Assembly: GCA_023399035.1 (NCBI GenBank)
Contig: JAEWQX010000144.1
Location: forward strand, 255-64,254
Reading direction: 5' to 3'
DNA: 64,000 nt
From: Bacillota bacterium
GTDB taxonomy: Bacteria > Bacillota > Clostridia > Clostridiales > Clostridiaceae
A program made the translations under genes and the position numbers. The first letter of the stretch is position 1; each line of letters begins with the position of its first letter. Below, piece after piece: positions 1 to 10,223 of this stretch. The notes under the pieces are model-generated. The model had not been told where the DNA came from. It saw only the letters and a list, made by a program, of their open reading frames with translations, and searched no databases.

Positions 1-8
1 CGGAGCCA
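1..8 (+). tRNA. Probable 3' end of a tRNA (tRNA-Asn-like), truncated by window edge
   Basis: Window begins CGGAGCCA, matching the ...CGGA-G-CCA end typical of Firmicute tRNA-Asn; followed by a T-tract and a terminator. Only 8 nt visible. Confidence 0.35.
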
Positions 9-40
9 TTTTTTTATTTAAAAATAATTTGAATTACATT

Positions 41-63
41 AGTCGAGGAATCGACTTTTTTTT
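41..63 (+). terminator. Intrinsic terminator
   Basis: AGTCGA-ggaa-TCGACT followed by a T-run. Confidence 0.75.
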
Positions 64-287
64 ATACGTAAAATTTATATATAATAATTTAAAGAGAATA
101 ACAATAACTTAACATTATTTGAAGATAAAATATTATATACTTAAATTTTCTATAAAAATTATAGTATAATTCTTATTTTTATTATTGTAAAAAGAGTAGA
201 TAGTACTTATACTTAATTAGGGGGTATTGTTAATCTATATAGATTAATAATAATCAGTCCTTTATAAGTGTTGTGTGGGGTATAAAA

Positions 288-1211
288 ATGAGGTACAAAT
301 TAAGACGTGATAGAAGTAAATCAAAAAGTATTTACAAAACAAAAATAATTATTTTATGTACAAGTATAGCTCTTCTGGTAATAGGAGGAAGTGCAGTTAT
401 GGCTCAAAGATTTTTAACATACATAGATACTGTACAAGCAAAAGATAATGAGATAGTTTTAAATGGAAATGATAGCAGTGATGCTTCAGGTTCTGATGAA
501 ATTAATAAAGAAAATTCTGATGTACCATTTGATACTCCTGAATTTGTGCAAAAGTATTTAAATCAGCAGATGAAAGGCGAAATGCCAGATGGTGCTGATG
601 GTGTAAAAGCAGTATATCTTACTTTTGATGATGGTCCATCAGAAACTGTTACACCTCAGATTTTAGATGTGTTGAAAGCTGAAGGTGTGCATGCAACTTT
701 CTTTGTACTTGGTAAGGCCGTTGATTCAAGTGATGAAAACAAAGAATTGATAAAGAGAATTGTTTCTGAAGGGAATGCAATAGGAATTCATAGTTATTCA
801 CATAATTATAATTATCTATATCCAAATAAAATTGTAAATGTAGATAATTTTAGAAGCGAAGTGGATAAAACAAATGAATCCTTAAAGAATGTACTTGGAG
901 ATGATTTTTCTACAAAGGCAATAAGGCTTCCAGGTGGTCATATGACATGGAAAGGAACAGATAGATTAGATGAGTATTTCCAACAAGAAGGATATAGTTA
1001 TATTGATTGGAATGCCTTATCTAAAGATGCAGAAGGTCCTAAGAAAAATGCAGAGCAATTAGTACAGCAGGTAATTGAAACAAGTGGAACTAAACAGAAA
1101 GTAGTTTTATTAATGCATGATACTTATGGAAAAGAAGAAACAGCTAAATCATTACCAGATATAATCCGACATTTTAAGAATAATGGATATGAATTTAGAG
1201 TAATAAAATAA
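288..1211 (+). CDS. Membrane-anchored polysaccharide/peptidoglycan deacetylase (CE4/NodB)
   Basis: Motifs TFDDGP, HSYSH, RLPGG, LMHD; N-terminal TM helix; ATG 288 after GTGGGG. Confidence 0.9.
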   Translation: MRYKLRRDRSKSKSIYKTKIIILCTSIALLVIGGSAVMAQRFLTYIDTVQAKDNEIVLNGNDSSDASGSDEINKENSDVPFDTPEFVQKYLNQQMKGEMPDGADGVKAVYLTFDDGPSETVTPQILDVLKAEGVHATFFVLGKAVDSSDENKELIKRIVSEGNAIGIHSYSHNYNYLYPNKIVNVDNFRSEVDKTNESLKNVLGDDFSTKAIRLPGGHMTWKGTDRLDEYFQQEGYSYIDWNALSKDAEGPKKNAEQLVQQVIETSGTKQKVVLLMHDTYGKEETAKSLPDIIRHFKNNGYEFRVIK

Positions 1212-1634
1212 TTATTAAGTTAAAAGAGAAAATGCTTATGTATGTACATAATACATATGTTTTGTTATATAAACAATGTGTGTTAAAGTAGAGACATAGG
1301 CATTTTTTATATTGTATTATGTTCTTGTTCATATATGTATATAGCAGCTGAAAATTATTTATTATATAAATATAAGATTAATGACTATAACATAAACTAT
1401 TCTCTATTGAGTTACTTAATATTATAATTATTAATGAAAGAAAAGTAATCAGCTGTTAATAAAATAAATTTGTATAGCAGATAAATTTAAGTGATTAATA
1501 GCTAATGAAATATGAAAAAACAGGCATACAGATATTTCTGATTTAGATTTAATATTTATTATATTAAAGAGGAGAATCAAATTAACTTTAGAGGATGATA
1601 ATACAGAATAAAAATAATAATAAGGAGGAGTTTG

Positions 1635-3014
1635 ATGTTATCTAAAAATATCGTTTCACAAGTTTTAGCTAAATGCTTAATAACAGGAGGAGACTTTGCA
1701 GAGATCTTTGAAGATGATTCAATCAATAATTCTATATCATTAGTTGATGGCAAGGTGCAGGATGCAATAGGTGGAAGAAGCTATGGCATAGGTATAAGAA
1801 TTTTTAAGGGGTTAAAAAGTGTCTATGCATATACTAATAATAATAGCTTAGATAGTCTTTTAGAAACAGCATACAGGGCAGCTCTTGCATTAGGAGAAGT
1901 AAGAGAAGAAAAGAGTATCATATTAAATGAAAAGAAAATAGAAACAATTCACCCCATAATTTATTATCCTAAAGATGTGCTATATGAAAAGAAAATAGCA
2001 GTCTTAAAAAATGCATACGGAGGAGCTAAGAACTATAATAGTGAAATATCACAGGTTATCGCAAGCTATGCAGATAAAGAGCAGAATGTATTAATTGCAA
2101 ATACAGAAGGTTTATATATTGAGGATAAAAGAGTAAGAACAAGACTGGGCATAAGTGCTGTTGCAAGCAAAGATAATGAAAATCAGACAGGATTCCAGGG
2201 TCCAGGAAGGCATATGGGAATTGAAATGTTCAATACTATTGATGCTGAAGCATCAGGTATAGAAGCTGCCAGAATAGCTCATACAATGCTTCATGCAAGG
2301 AACTGTCCTGCAGGAAATATGACTGTTGCAATTGATAATGGTTTTGGAGGAGTAATATTCCACGAAGCATGTGGTCATGCCTTAGAAGCAACCTCTGTTG
2401 CAAAAGGAAATTCAGTTTTTTCAGGTAAATTAGGTCAGCAGATAGCTTCTTCAAAGGTTACAGCAATTGATGATGGAACTATTCCTAATGCATGGGGATC
2501 TTTAAATATAGATGATGAAGGAAATAAGACACAAAAGAATGTATTAATAGAAAATGGTATCTTAAAAGGATATATGATAGATAAGCTTAATGGAAGACGT
2601 ATGAATATGGAGCCTACAGGAAGTTCAAGAAGACAGAGCTATAAATATCAGCCTACATCAAGAATGACAAATACTTATATTGCTGCAGGAACTGATAAAC
2701 CTGAGGATATAATTAAGTCTATCGATGATGGATTATATGCAAAGAAACTTGGTGGCGGTTCTGTAAATCCTGTAACTGGTGAATTTAATTTCTCAGTTCA
2801 GGAAGGATATCTAGTTAAAAACGGTGTAATTCAGGAACCAGTAAGAGGAGCAAGTCTTATTGGTAAAGGAAGCGATGTTCTTATGGATATCGACATGGTT
2901 GGAGATAACTTAGAGCTTGCACAAGGGGTATGCGGATCATCATCAGGAAGTATTCCTACCAATGTAGGTCAACCTATGATCAGAGTGAAGAAGATAACTG
3001 TAGGAGGTAGATAG
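1635..3014 (+). CDS. tldD: TldD family metalloprotease
   Basis: HEACGH Zn motif, RMTNT, C-terminal Cys (GVCG); SD AGGAGG before ATG 1635. Confidence 0.92.
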   Translation: MLSKNIVSQVLAKCLITGGDFAEIFEDDSINNSISLVDGKVQDAIGGRSYGIGIRIFKGLKSVYAYTNNNSLDSLLETAYRAALALGEVREEKSIILNEKKIETIHPIIYYPKDVLYEKKIAVLKNAYGGAKNYNSEISQVIASYADKEQNVLIANTEGLYIEDKRVRTRLGISAVASKDNENQTGFQGPGRHMGIEMFNTIDAEASGIEAARIAHTMLHARNCPAGNMTVAIDNGFGGVIFHEACGHALEATSVAKGNSVFSGKLGQQIASSKVTAIDDGTIPNAWGSLNIDDEGNKTQKNVLIENGILKGYMIDKLNGRRMNMEPTGSSRRQSYKYQPTSRMTNTYIAAGTDKPEDIIKSIDDGLYAKKLGGGSVNPVTGEFNFSVQEGYLVKNGVIQEPVRGASLIGKGSDVLMDIDMVGDNLELAQGVCGSSSGSIPTNVGQPMIRVKKITVGGR

Positions 3015-3015
3015 A

Positions 3016-4359
3016 ATGGATTTTGAATTATTTAAGGAAGAGCTTTTTAAGGAAGCTAAAAAGTCTGGATTTGAAGAATGTGAGATTTATTATTCAGATG
3101 TTGAAAGTTTAAATATCAATATTTATGAAGGTGAAGTTGAAAAATATAAGCTTAATACTGCATTTGGACTTTCATTTAGAGGAATGCTTAATGGTAAGAT
3201 GGGTTATTCCTATACCGAAATATTGGATGAAGAAGCTATCAAGACAGTTGTCAATAATGCTAAGAGTGCAGCATTAGCTATTGAAAATGATGATGCGCAA
3301 TTTATTTATGAAGGTGACAAGGAATATAAAAAACTTAACTGCTATATAGAAGAGCTTGATAGTGTTGAGCCTGATGAACTTATAAAACTGGCTCTTGAAA
3401 TGGAAAGTCAATGTAAGAAACAATGTGATAAGGTAGTCAATTTTTCAGGATGCGGTATAGGATATGGGAAATCTACTTATGGAATAATAAATACAAAAGG
3501 ACTTAATTTAAAAAATGAAAGAAATCATCTTACAGCTTATGTTATTCCAATAATTGAAGACAATAATGAAAAGTATGATGGAATGGGATACGTTGTAGCT
3601 GAAAATATACGCGATGTAAATCCGGAAAAAATAGCTCAAGATGGAATTAAGGAAGCTTTATCAAGAATAGGTGGAAGAAGTATTCCTTCTGGAAAGTATA
3701 AAATAATCATAAATAACGAAGCTATGGTTTCGCTTCTTGGAACATTTGATTCAATATTTGATGCAGAACAAGCTCAAAAGGGATTATCTCTTTTAAAAGG
3801 CAGAGAAGGAGAAATAATAGCATCAGATGTGTTAACTCTTATTGATGATCCACATTTGAAAAACGGATTAGGTACTACTGCATTTGATGATGAAGGTGTT
3901 GCAACATATAAGAAAGAAATAATAAGTAATGGTAAATTAAATACTCTCCTTTATAATTTAAAGACTGCTAATAAGGCAGGAGTAAAATCAACCGGAAATG
4001 GATTTAAAAGCTCTTATGCTTCTATTGTTGGAATAAGTGCTACTAACTTTTATATAAAGCCAGGAGACAAATCTTTTGAAGAACTTTGTCAAGAAGTGAG
4101 GGATGGAGTAATAATAACAGAATTTGCTGGACTTCATTCAGGCGCTAGTTCTGTAACAGGGGACTTTTCACTTGCAGCAAAAGGATTTATGATTGAAAAT
4201 GGAAAGAAGACTTTCCCAGTAGAGCAGATAACAGTTGCAGGAAACTTCTTTACACTATTAAAGGACATTGAGTGTGTTGGAAATGATTTAAAATTCCCTA
4301 TGAGCAGTATAGGATCTCCAGCAGTTGTTGTAAAGGAATTATCAGTGGCAGGTAAGTAA
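3016..4359 (+). CDS. pmbA: TldE/PmbA family non-catalytic partner
   Basis: Abuts tldD; FDDEG and TGDFS motifs; no HExxxH. Confidence 0.9.
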   Translation: MDFELFKEELFKEAKKSGFEECEIYYSDVESLNINIYEGEVEKYKLNTAFGLSFRGMLNGKMGYSYTEILDEEAIKTVVNNAKSAALAIENDDAQFIYEGDKEYKKLNCYIEELDSVEPDELIKLALEMESQCKKQCDKVVNFSGCGIGYGKSTYGIINTKGLNLKNERNHLTAYVIPIIEDNNEKYDGMGYVVAENIRDVNPEKIAQDGIKEALSRIGGRSIPSGKYKIIINNEAMVSLLGTFDSIFDAEQAQKGLSLLKGREGEIIASDVLTLIDDPHLKNGLGTTAFDDEGVATYKKEIISNGKLNTLLYNLKTANKAGVKSTGNGFKSSYASIVGISATNFYIKPGDKSFEELCQEVRDGVIITEFAGLHSGASSVTGDFSLAAKGFMIENGKKTFPVEQITVAGNFFTLLKDIECVGNDLKFPMSSIGSPAVVVKELSVAGK

Positions 4360-4400
4360 AATTAAAAGCAGATAATTAATAAATATTAATTTCTAATTAC

Positions 4401-4451
4401 AAAGAGGCTATAGATACCTTGTTTTAAACTATGGTATTTACAGCCTTTTTT
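4401..4451. terminator. Terminator between convergent pmbA and LTA synthase genes
   Basis: AAGAGGCT..AGATACC / GGTATTT..AGCCTTTT imperfect stem with T-tract. Confidence 0.65.
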
Positions 4452-4542
4452 ATTTAGGTTATATATAACTATTATTACTATATTTATAATAGAACAGATA
4501 GAAGTCAGTAAAAGCAAGTTATGAACATATATTTATTAAAAA

Positions 4543-6420
4543 TTAATTAGAATATGGATTGTAATTTGATCTTATAATCTTATCAGAGATATCCAGAAGC
4601 TTTGAATAAATTGAAATTTCATTGTCACTCAAATTTTCAGCACCCTTAATTGTACCATCTGTAATTACTGCAAATGATTTATCTGTATTTAACAAATTTC
4701 TTCCAAGTGCAGTTTGAGAGTATTCATCAGATGGTATTCCTAATAAATATAGAAGAGTAGGCATTAAATCAACCTGTCCTCCAAGAAGGTCATCGAATGT
4801 TTTTGCTTTTATGGATGAAGAGTGGTCATAAATAATGACTGGAACAGTATGATTTCCATTATCAATATACCAGTCTTCTTTAGATGATAATTTTTCAATA
4901 TCATCGTTATAATATTTGTGAACACCAGCATGATCACCCATTATTACAATTATGCTGTCATTCAAAATGCCCTGTTTATCTAATAAATCAAGGAAATATC
5001 CTATTTGAGCATCAGTATAATGGACACTTTCAAAATATCCCCCAAGATTATTATTATTATTAAGCTCTGGCGACAAGTTCAATGATCTGTATTCATCCGG
5101 AAGATTGAATGGTCCATGATTTGTTAGTGTTACTGTCATTGCATAAAATGGCTGATTTAAATCCTCAATCATAGGTACGACTTGTTCAAAATAACTTCTG
5201 TCGCTTATTCCCATGCCTATTTCTTCATCATGATTAAAAGAATAGTAATCAGTGAAGTATTCAAATCCTATACCTCCGCTTAATGCATTCTGATAGTTCC
5301 AGAAGGACCCTTTATCAGGATGAATAACGCTAGTTGTATATCCGTGATTTCTTAGAATTTTAGGCATAGAGTTATAATCATTATTTGGATATCTGAAAAA
5401 TGTACATCCCCTTCTTACTGGAAGAAGAGAAGTATTGCTCATAAAATCAGAATCAGCGCTTGTACCTTCGTTAACTTGTTCAAAAATATTAGGAAAATAT
5501 ACAGAACTGTCAAGAAGATGATTCATTACAGGAGTTATTTCAATATCATTAATTTTTTTACCTATGACGAAGCTTTCCAATGATTCAACTTGTATATAGA
5601 TTAAGTTTTTATTTTTGGCAGCACCAAAGTATTCGTTATTAGTCAGATTTTCATTTTTAACATCAAATAATGTATTGATATCATTTTTATCTTCAGCTGT
5701 TAATTTATATGGCTGTGTATCTTTATAGACAGTATAAGCATCCATAATATGATATCCAATAGTAGAAAAATATTTTACTGTGATATTAGGATCATATACA
5801 TCAAATAAATAAGCATTTTTAATATCATTGTTGTTTAGCACTGTTATATTAAAAGGTACATAAATTATGAATAACAATGGAATTATAAAAGTAACCAAAA
5901 AACTTTTTAATGCACGATTACAGTTTTTAATGGATTTCCTAGATATTAATATGTAAATACCTAAAAGTATAAAATCTGAAAAATAGAATATATCTAATGG
6001 ACTCATCATAGATTTTATGCTTTCAAACATATTATCAAGGTTAGAAGTCTGTGTTAATAAAAGCATTGATGGAACTGTCTGAAATCCCCTGAAGTACCAT
6101 GTGTCAACAATAAATAATAGAGTTACAGCGGTATCAAGTATTAAAACATATATTATACGTCCTCGACCTTTAAATAATAGTGAAAAGCTGGAGAACAGTA
6201 GAGCAAAAGCTGTATAGTAATATAGATAGCATTTTGATATAACTGAGTAACCAGATTGAAGATTTAATGTGTATGGGTTATCGTGGGATACAAAACCTTG
6301 AAACATTATTCCTTTAAATACTAAAGATATAACTGGTATCATAAAAAATAAAATTCTTAAAAATGTATCCTTATTTAAATATTTATTAACATATTTTGAA
6401 AATACACCAATAGAGTTCAT
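4543..6420 (-). CDS. LTA synthase (LtaS)-family sulfatase/phosphoglycerol transferase
   Basis: N-terminal multi-TM region; QVESLE, GTSADSDF, TNHGPF, YTDAQIG, GDH motifs. Confidence 0.88.
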   Translation of the reverse strand: MNSIGVFSKYVNKYLNKDTFLRILFFMIPVISLVFKGIMFQGFVSHDNPYTLNLQSGYSVISKCYLYYYTAFALLFSSFSLLFKGRGRIIYVLILDTAVTLLFIVDTWYFRGFQTVPSMLLLTQTSNLDNMFESIKSMMSPLDIFYFSDFILLGIYILISRKSIKNCNRALKSFLVTFIIPLLFIIYVPFNITVLNNNDIKNAYLFDVYDPNITVKYFSTIGYHIMDAYTVYKDTQPYKLTAEDKNDINTLFDVKNENLTNNEYFGAAKNKNLIYIQVESLESFVIGKKINDIEITPVMNHLLDSSVYFPNIFEQVNEGTSADSDFMSNTSLLPVRRGCTFFRYPNNDYNSMPKILRNHGYTTSVIHPDKGSFWNYQNALSGGIGFEYFTDYYSFNHDEEIGMGISDRSYFEQVVPMIEDLNQPFYAMTVTLTNHGPFNLPDEYRSLNLSPELNNNNNLGGYFESVHYTDAQIGYFLDLLDKQGILNDSIIVIMGDHAGVHKYYNDDIEKLSSKEDWYIDNGNHTVPVIIYDHSSSIKAKTFDDLLGGQVDLMPTLLYLLGIPSDEYSQTALGRNLLNTDKSFAVITDGTIKGAENLSDNEISIYSKLLDISDKIIRSNYNPYSN

Positions 6421-6492
6421 ATATATTACCTCACTTTCTTATTAACCATATATCATTTAGTAAATATAAATCAATATTTTATTTTATGAAAA

Positions 6493-6524
6493 ATAAAAAG
6501 AGACATAATTTATGTTATGTCTCT
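6493..6524 (-). terminator. Intrinsic terminator for the 6534-7331 gene
   Basis: AGAGACATAA / TTATGTCTCT 10-bp inverted repeat with A-tract on the left. Confidence 0.65.
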
Positions 6525-6533
6525 GTAATATTC

Positions 6534-7331
6534 TTAGTAGATGATTAGTTTTGATTTATGTGAAATATTATCCACATAAAAATCACCAACTGCATCATTA
6601 AAATTAACATTTTCTGATGAATTTGAAGGGTAGAAATAAATTAAAAATCCATCACATAAGCTTGAATCATATTCATTTGAAAATTGATCGCATATATTTT
6701 TTAGATTTTGTGATGATGTATCATCTGTAGTAACATCGAATCTGAAAAAGTTATTTCCAACAGTTATTTTCTTTATGCTGAATGGTATGTTTTGATCTAT
6801 GTTATCATCAAATGTACCAGAAAATGAATAATCCACATTATCTGCATCACTGCTTACAAGAGCTTTGGGCTTATATGAAGTGCTTGGCATAAAGTTTTTT
6901 ATTGGAAGAACGAGAGTATCAGTTACTGAATTAGATGAATTCTTAAATGTTAATTTAATTTCACCGTTAAATACACTATCAGATTTATTATCAATTGTAA
7001 TTTCAGCATTTTTAGTTGAAGAACTGCCTAAGGAAGCTAATTTATACTCAAATTTTAAATCGTCTATTGATGCTTCTTTAGCTTTAACCTCTTCGTTTTC
7101 AGGTTCAGGCTGTGATGATATTTCTTCTGTGGATTCATCGGGTATTTGCATATTCTTTAAAAAATTTATACCTCCTCCAGCAGACATTAAGAATATGGAT
7201 AGAAGAAATACTATGCTTATTAAGCTTAAAGAAGATTTTGATCCTCTTTTTATTGCAAGAACAATTAATAAAAGAGATATAATAATACCAATAATACCTA
7301 TCAGGTAAAGGATCATTGGAAGTAAATTCAT
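6534..7331 (-). CDS. Hypothetical membrane protein (2 TM plus extracellular beta-rich domain)
   Basis: 265-aa ORF, two N-terminal hydrophobic helices, acidic linker; SD GGTG. Confidence 0.75.
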   Translation of the reverse strand: MNLLPMILYLIGIIGIIISLLLIVLAIKRGSKSSLSLISIVFLLSIFLMSAGGGINFLKNMQIPDESTEEISSQPEPENEEVKAKEASIDDLKFEYKLASLGSSSTKNAEITIDNKSDSVFNGEIKLTFKNSSNSVTDTLVLPIKNFMPSTSYKPKALVSSDADNVDYSFSGTFDDNIDQNIPFSIKKITVGNNFFRFDVTTDDTSSQNLKNICDQFSNEYDSSLCDGFLIYFYPSNSSENVNFNDAVGDFYVDNISHKSKLIIY

Positions 7332-7449
7332 TTAAATCACCACTAACTTTAAAATATTATAATATAATGTATAATTATATTATATATTGAATTTATATAT
7401 ACTTAAAGTGCAGATAACCAAAAAAGAAAAATATACATGGAGGTATGAA

Positions 7450-8412
7450 ATGCCAAGTTATGATTTAATAGTAATTGGAGCTGGAATAGCTGGAATGACA
7501 GCAGCGTTAGGTGCCGCAAAGTCCGGAATAGAGAAAATTTTAATAATTGAAAAAGAAGCTTCTGCTGGAGGAATAATAAATCAGTGCATTCATAATGGGT
7601 TTGGTAAGAAATTTATGGGAGAATGTGTTACTGGTCCAGAATATATACAATTTATAAAAGATGAAATAGAAAAGCAAAATATAGATATTATACTTAACTC
7701 TAATGTTCTTGATATTAATAGAGACAGGATGGTTACTTACGTAAGTCCAAGTGAAGGTGTAAAGGAAGTAAGTGCAAGTGCTATAATATTTGCAATGGGT
7801 GCAAGAGAAAAATATTCTGGAAATATAATGATTTCTACTAATACACTTACAGGAATATTTACAGTTGGAGAGGCTCAGAGAATAGTAAATCTGGATGGAT
7901 ATATTCCAGGAAGAAATGCAGTAATTACAGCAAAGGATAGATGGGGATTCCTTCTTGCAAGAAGACTTATTATAGAGGGAGGAATTGTATCAGCTGTTGT
8001 TCTTGAACAGGATTTTAAATCTGTTGAAACTGATGAAATACATAATATTATTGAAGGATTTGATATACCTATAATAGATAATTCAAGAATTATAGGAATA
8101 GAAGGTAATACAAGAATAAATAAGGTCAAATTATTGAATTTAAAAGATAAAACTACTATGGATAAAGAATGTGACTGTTTATTACTTTCAGTTGGATTTA
8201 TTCCTGAAAGCAGCAGGCTGAAGAAATTGAATATAGATATTGATGAAAGAACACTAGGACCAAGAGTAAAAGATTATATGACATCTACAGATGGTTTCTT
8301 TGCATGCGGAAATATAATTTATGGAGAAGATGCTCTTAAAATATCTGAAATAGATGGTATTGAATGTGGAGAAAAGGCTGCTGAATATATTAAGAAATAC
8401 TTCTTAAAATAA
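7450..8412 (+). CDS. FAD-dependent pyridine nucleotide-disulfide oxidoreductase family protein
   Basis: GAGIAG FAD motif, QCIHNGFG, FFACGN; SD GGAGG before ATG 7450. Confidence 0.85.
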   Translation: MPSYDLIVIGAGIAGMTAALGAAKSGIEKILIIEKEASAGGIINQCIHNGFGKKFMGECVTGPEYIQFIKDEIEKQNIDIILNSNVLDINRDRMVTYVSPSEGVKEVSASAIIFAMGAREKYSGNIMISTNTLTGIFTVGEAQRIVNLDGYIPGRNAVITAKDRWGFLLARRLIIEGGIVSAVVLEQDFKSVETDEIHNIIEGFDIPIIDNSRIIGIEGNTRINKVKLLNLKDKTTMDKECDCLLLSVGFIPESSRLKKLNIDIDERTLGPRVKDYMTSTDGFFACGNIIYGEDALKISEIDGIECGEKAAEYIKKYFLK

Positions 8413-8519
8413 AGATAACAATGAAAATTAGGAACTCGGCATATATAATATATAATAAGAAATGGATTTGAGTTATTTATTATTACAGTATAACTTAGAG
8501 ACAAGAAGCATTGAAGGTA

Positions 8520-9083
8520 CTATTTAAGTACTTTCAATGCTTCTTTGTACATAATATAATTTCCTTGTGGTGATAAATGAAGTCCATCTAGATAAAGATC
8601 ATCAGTAAGACAAAGGTTATAAAAATCAATTAAATCAGTATTGTATTTATCTGAAAGACAGATTAATTGTTCTCTTAACTCAACAACACCTTTTTCAGCA
8701 TAACTATAAAATGAAGATGGAATGAATAATTCATTAGCCATTTTTCCTATTATTCTTGGTGGAATTCCAAGTATTACATGAGAATTTATTGCATATGCAT
8801 CCTTGATCATAATTTCTATATTTTCTATTATTGATGAAATACTTCTGCCACATAGTAGGTCATTAGTACCGCCCATAATAAAAATCTTTGACGGATTATA
8901 TTTTAAAACACTAGAGTAATATCTTGAAAGCATTGATGGAGTTGTATCACCATTTTGTCCCTTATTGAGATAATTAAGATTAAGAATGTTTCCAATAAGA
9001 TAAACCCATGATTTTTCTTTTTGAACTCCATATCCATAAGTCAGGCTGTCTCCGAAAAATATAATATCTTTATTGTCACTCAT
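8520..9083 (-). CDS. SGNH/GDSL hydrolase
   Basis: Blocks FGDSLT, GQNG, GGTND, DGLH. Confidence 0.9.
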   Translation of the reverse strand: MSDNKDIIFFGDSLTYGYGVQKEKSWVYLIGNILNLNYLNKGQNGDTTPSMLSRYYSSVLKYNPSKIFIMGGTNDLLCGRSISSIIENIEIMIKDAYAINSHVILGIPPRIIGKMANELFIPSSFYSYAEKGVVELREQLICLSDKYNTDLIDFYNLCLTDDLYLDGLHLSPQGNYIMYKEALKVLK

Positions 9084-9103
9084 ATATTATTCTCCTTATT
9101 ATA

Positions 9104-9769
9104 TTAAAATAACTTTCCAAAACATTTTTTACATATTAATGTCTTTCCGCCATCTGCCTTAATGTAGTCATCATTATTTACTGCTTTTTTGCATATGCTG
9201 CATAGGCCGGCAGAAGAATCTTTTACTGAACTCTTTGATTTAATATTTTTAGTCAGTTGCGAACTATTTGATGAATTTGAAATCTCATCTTTGTTTTTTA
9301 TTGTATTCTTTCTTATAGGATTATATAATCTTGGCTCGCAGGGCTTATCTTTTTTAGTGACACTGAAATTAAAGTTATATTGACTTTCAGCATATAATTC
9401 TAATTCAAATCTTGGATTATCTTTATCATAATATTCTTCTGTATAGATTCTTGTTATCTGAGCATCATTTACAATAAGACCGCTTTTTTCAATACCATCA
9501 AAAATACTTTTTGTAATATTTATAGTATCGGGATGTCTTTTTTCGCTTTTATAATATACCTTGAGAACCGCAATAAGGCTTTCTGAAAATACAACATCTG
9601 GATTCTGACTTCGGGCAAGAAGAGCTATCTCCTGTTCATATAAAGCATATCTATCATGATATTTTCCAGAGTTATCTGGAAGTATTGTACGGCCGTTAAC
9701 ATTGTGCAGTTTGAAATTTGATTTTGTTATTGGTGATCCTTTTATTATCACCTTGGCATAATCTGTCAT
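9104..9769 (-). CDS. RusA-family Holliday-junction resolvase-like protein with C-terminal C4 Zn finger
   Basis: PDTINITKSIFDGI..SGLIVNDAQI and PRFELEL resemble RusA; tail CSIC...CKKC; SD AAGGAG. Confidence 0.75.
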   Translation of the reverse strand: MTDYAKVIIKGSPITKSNFKLHNVNGRTILPDNSGKYHDRYALYEQEIALLARSQNPDVVFSESLIAVLKVYYKSEKRHPDTINITKSIFDGIEKSGLIVNDAQITRIYTEEYYDKDNPRFELELYAESQYNFNFSVTKKDKPCEPRLYNPIRKNTIKNKDEISNSSNSSQLTKNIKSKSSVKDSSAGLCSICKKAVNNDDYIKADGGKTLICKKCFGKLF

Positions 9770-9918
9770 TTTATATCTCCTTACAGAATAATATTATATT
9801 TAAATTTCTATCATAGAGTTGAAATTTTAACATTAATTATCTATTGTCAAATATTAATTGTCAACTAGAATATATTAAAACTATACAGGATATTATTATG
9901 TTATACAATCATGAAAAA

Positions 9919-9947
9919 TTGATAATATTGTATATATAAAGTATAAT
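9919..9947 (+). promoter_or_regulatory. SigmaA promoter
   Basis: TTGATA-N17-TATAAT. Confidence 0.6.
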
Positions 9948-10223
9948 ATTTGGGTATTATTAAGATTAATGTAAGAATTAAATATGGGTAATCTGATATA
10001 ATAATTTAAAGCTGATAATGTTTAAATTAGATATATGCTTTTGATATTTCAAGTAAATATAATTAATTTACTTGAAAGTTTTTATGAATAGATTAATTTA
10101 TTATTTTTATATTTTAATAAAGTTTTAATTAATAATACAGAAGAAGTTTAAAATTTGCAATATATAATTATATATTATATTCAATACTTTATATAAGATA
10201 AGTATATAAGAAGAGGGATAAAG

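Noticed and set aside
1635..4359. TldDE as part of a RiPP/microcin cluster
   Set aside because: No precursor peptide, YcaO or transporter nearby; short upstream ORFs (1505-1546, 1595-1645) lack a properly spaced SD.
9104..9769. Prophage remnant around the RusA-like gene
   Set aside because: No integrase, structural genes or att-like repeats; neighbours are housekeeping genes.
9843..9864. ATTGTCAA direct repeat as Spo0A boxes
   Set aside because: Mismatch to TGNCGAA at the key G; equally explained as TTGACA -35 elements on the minus strand.
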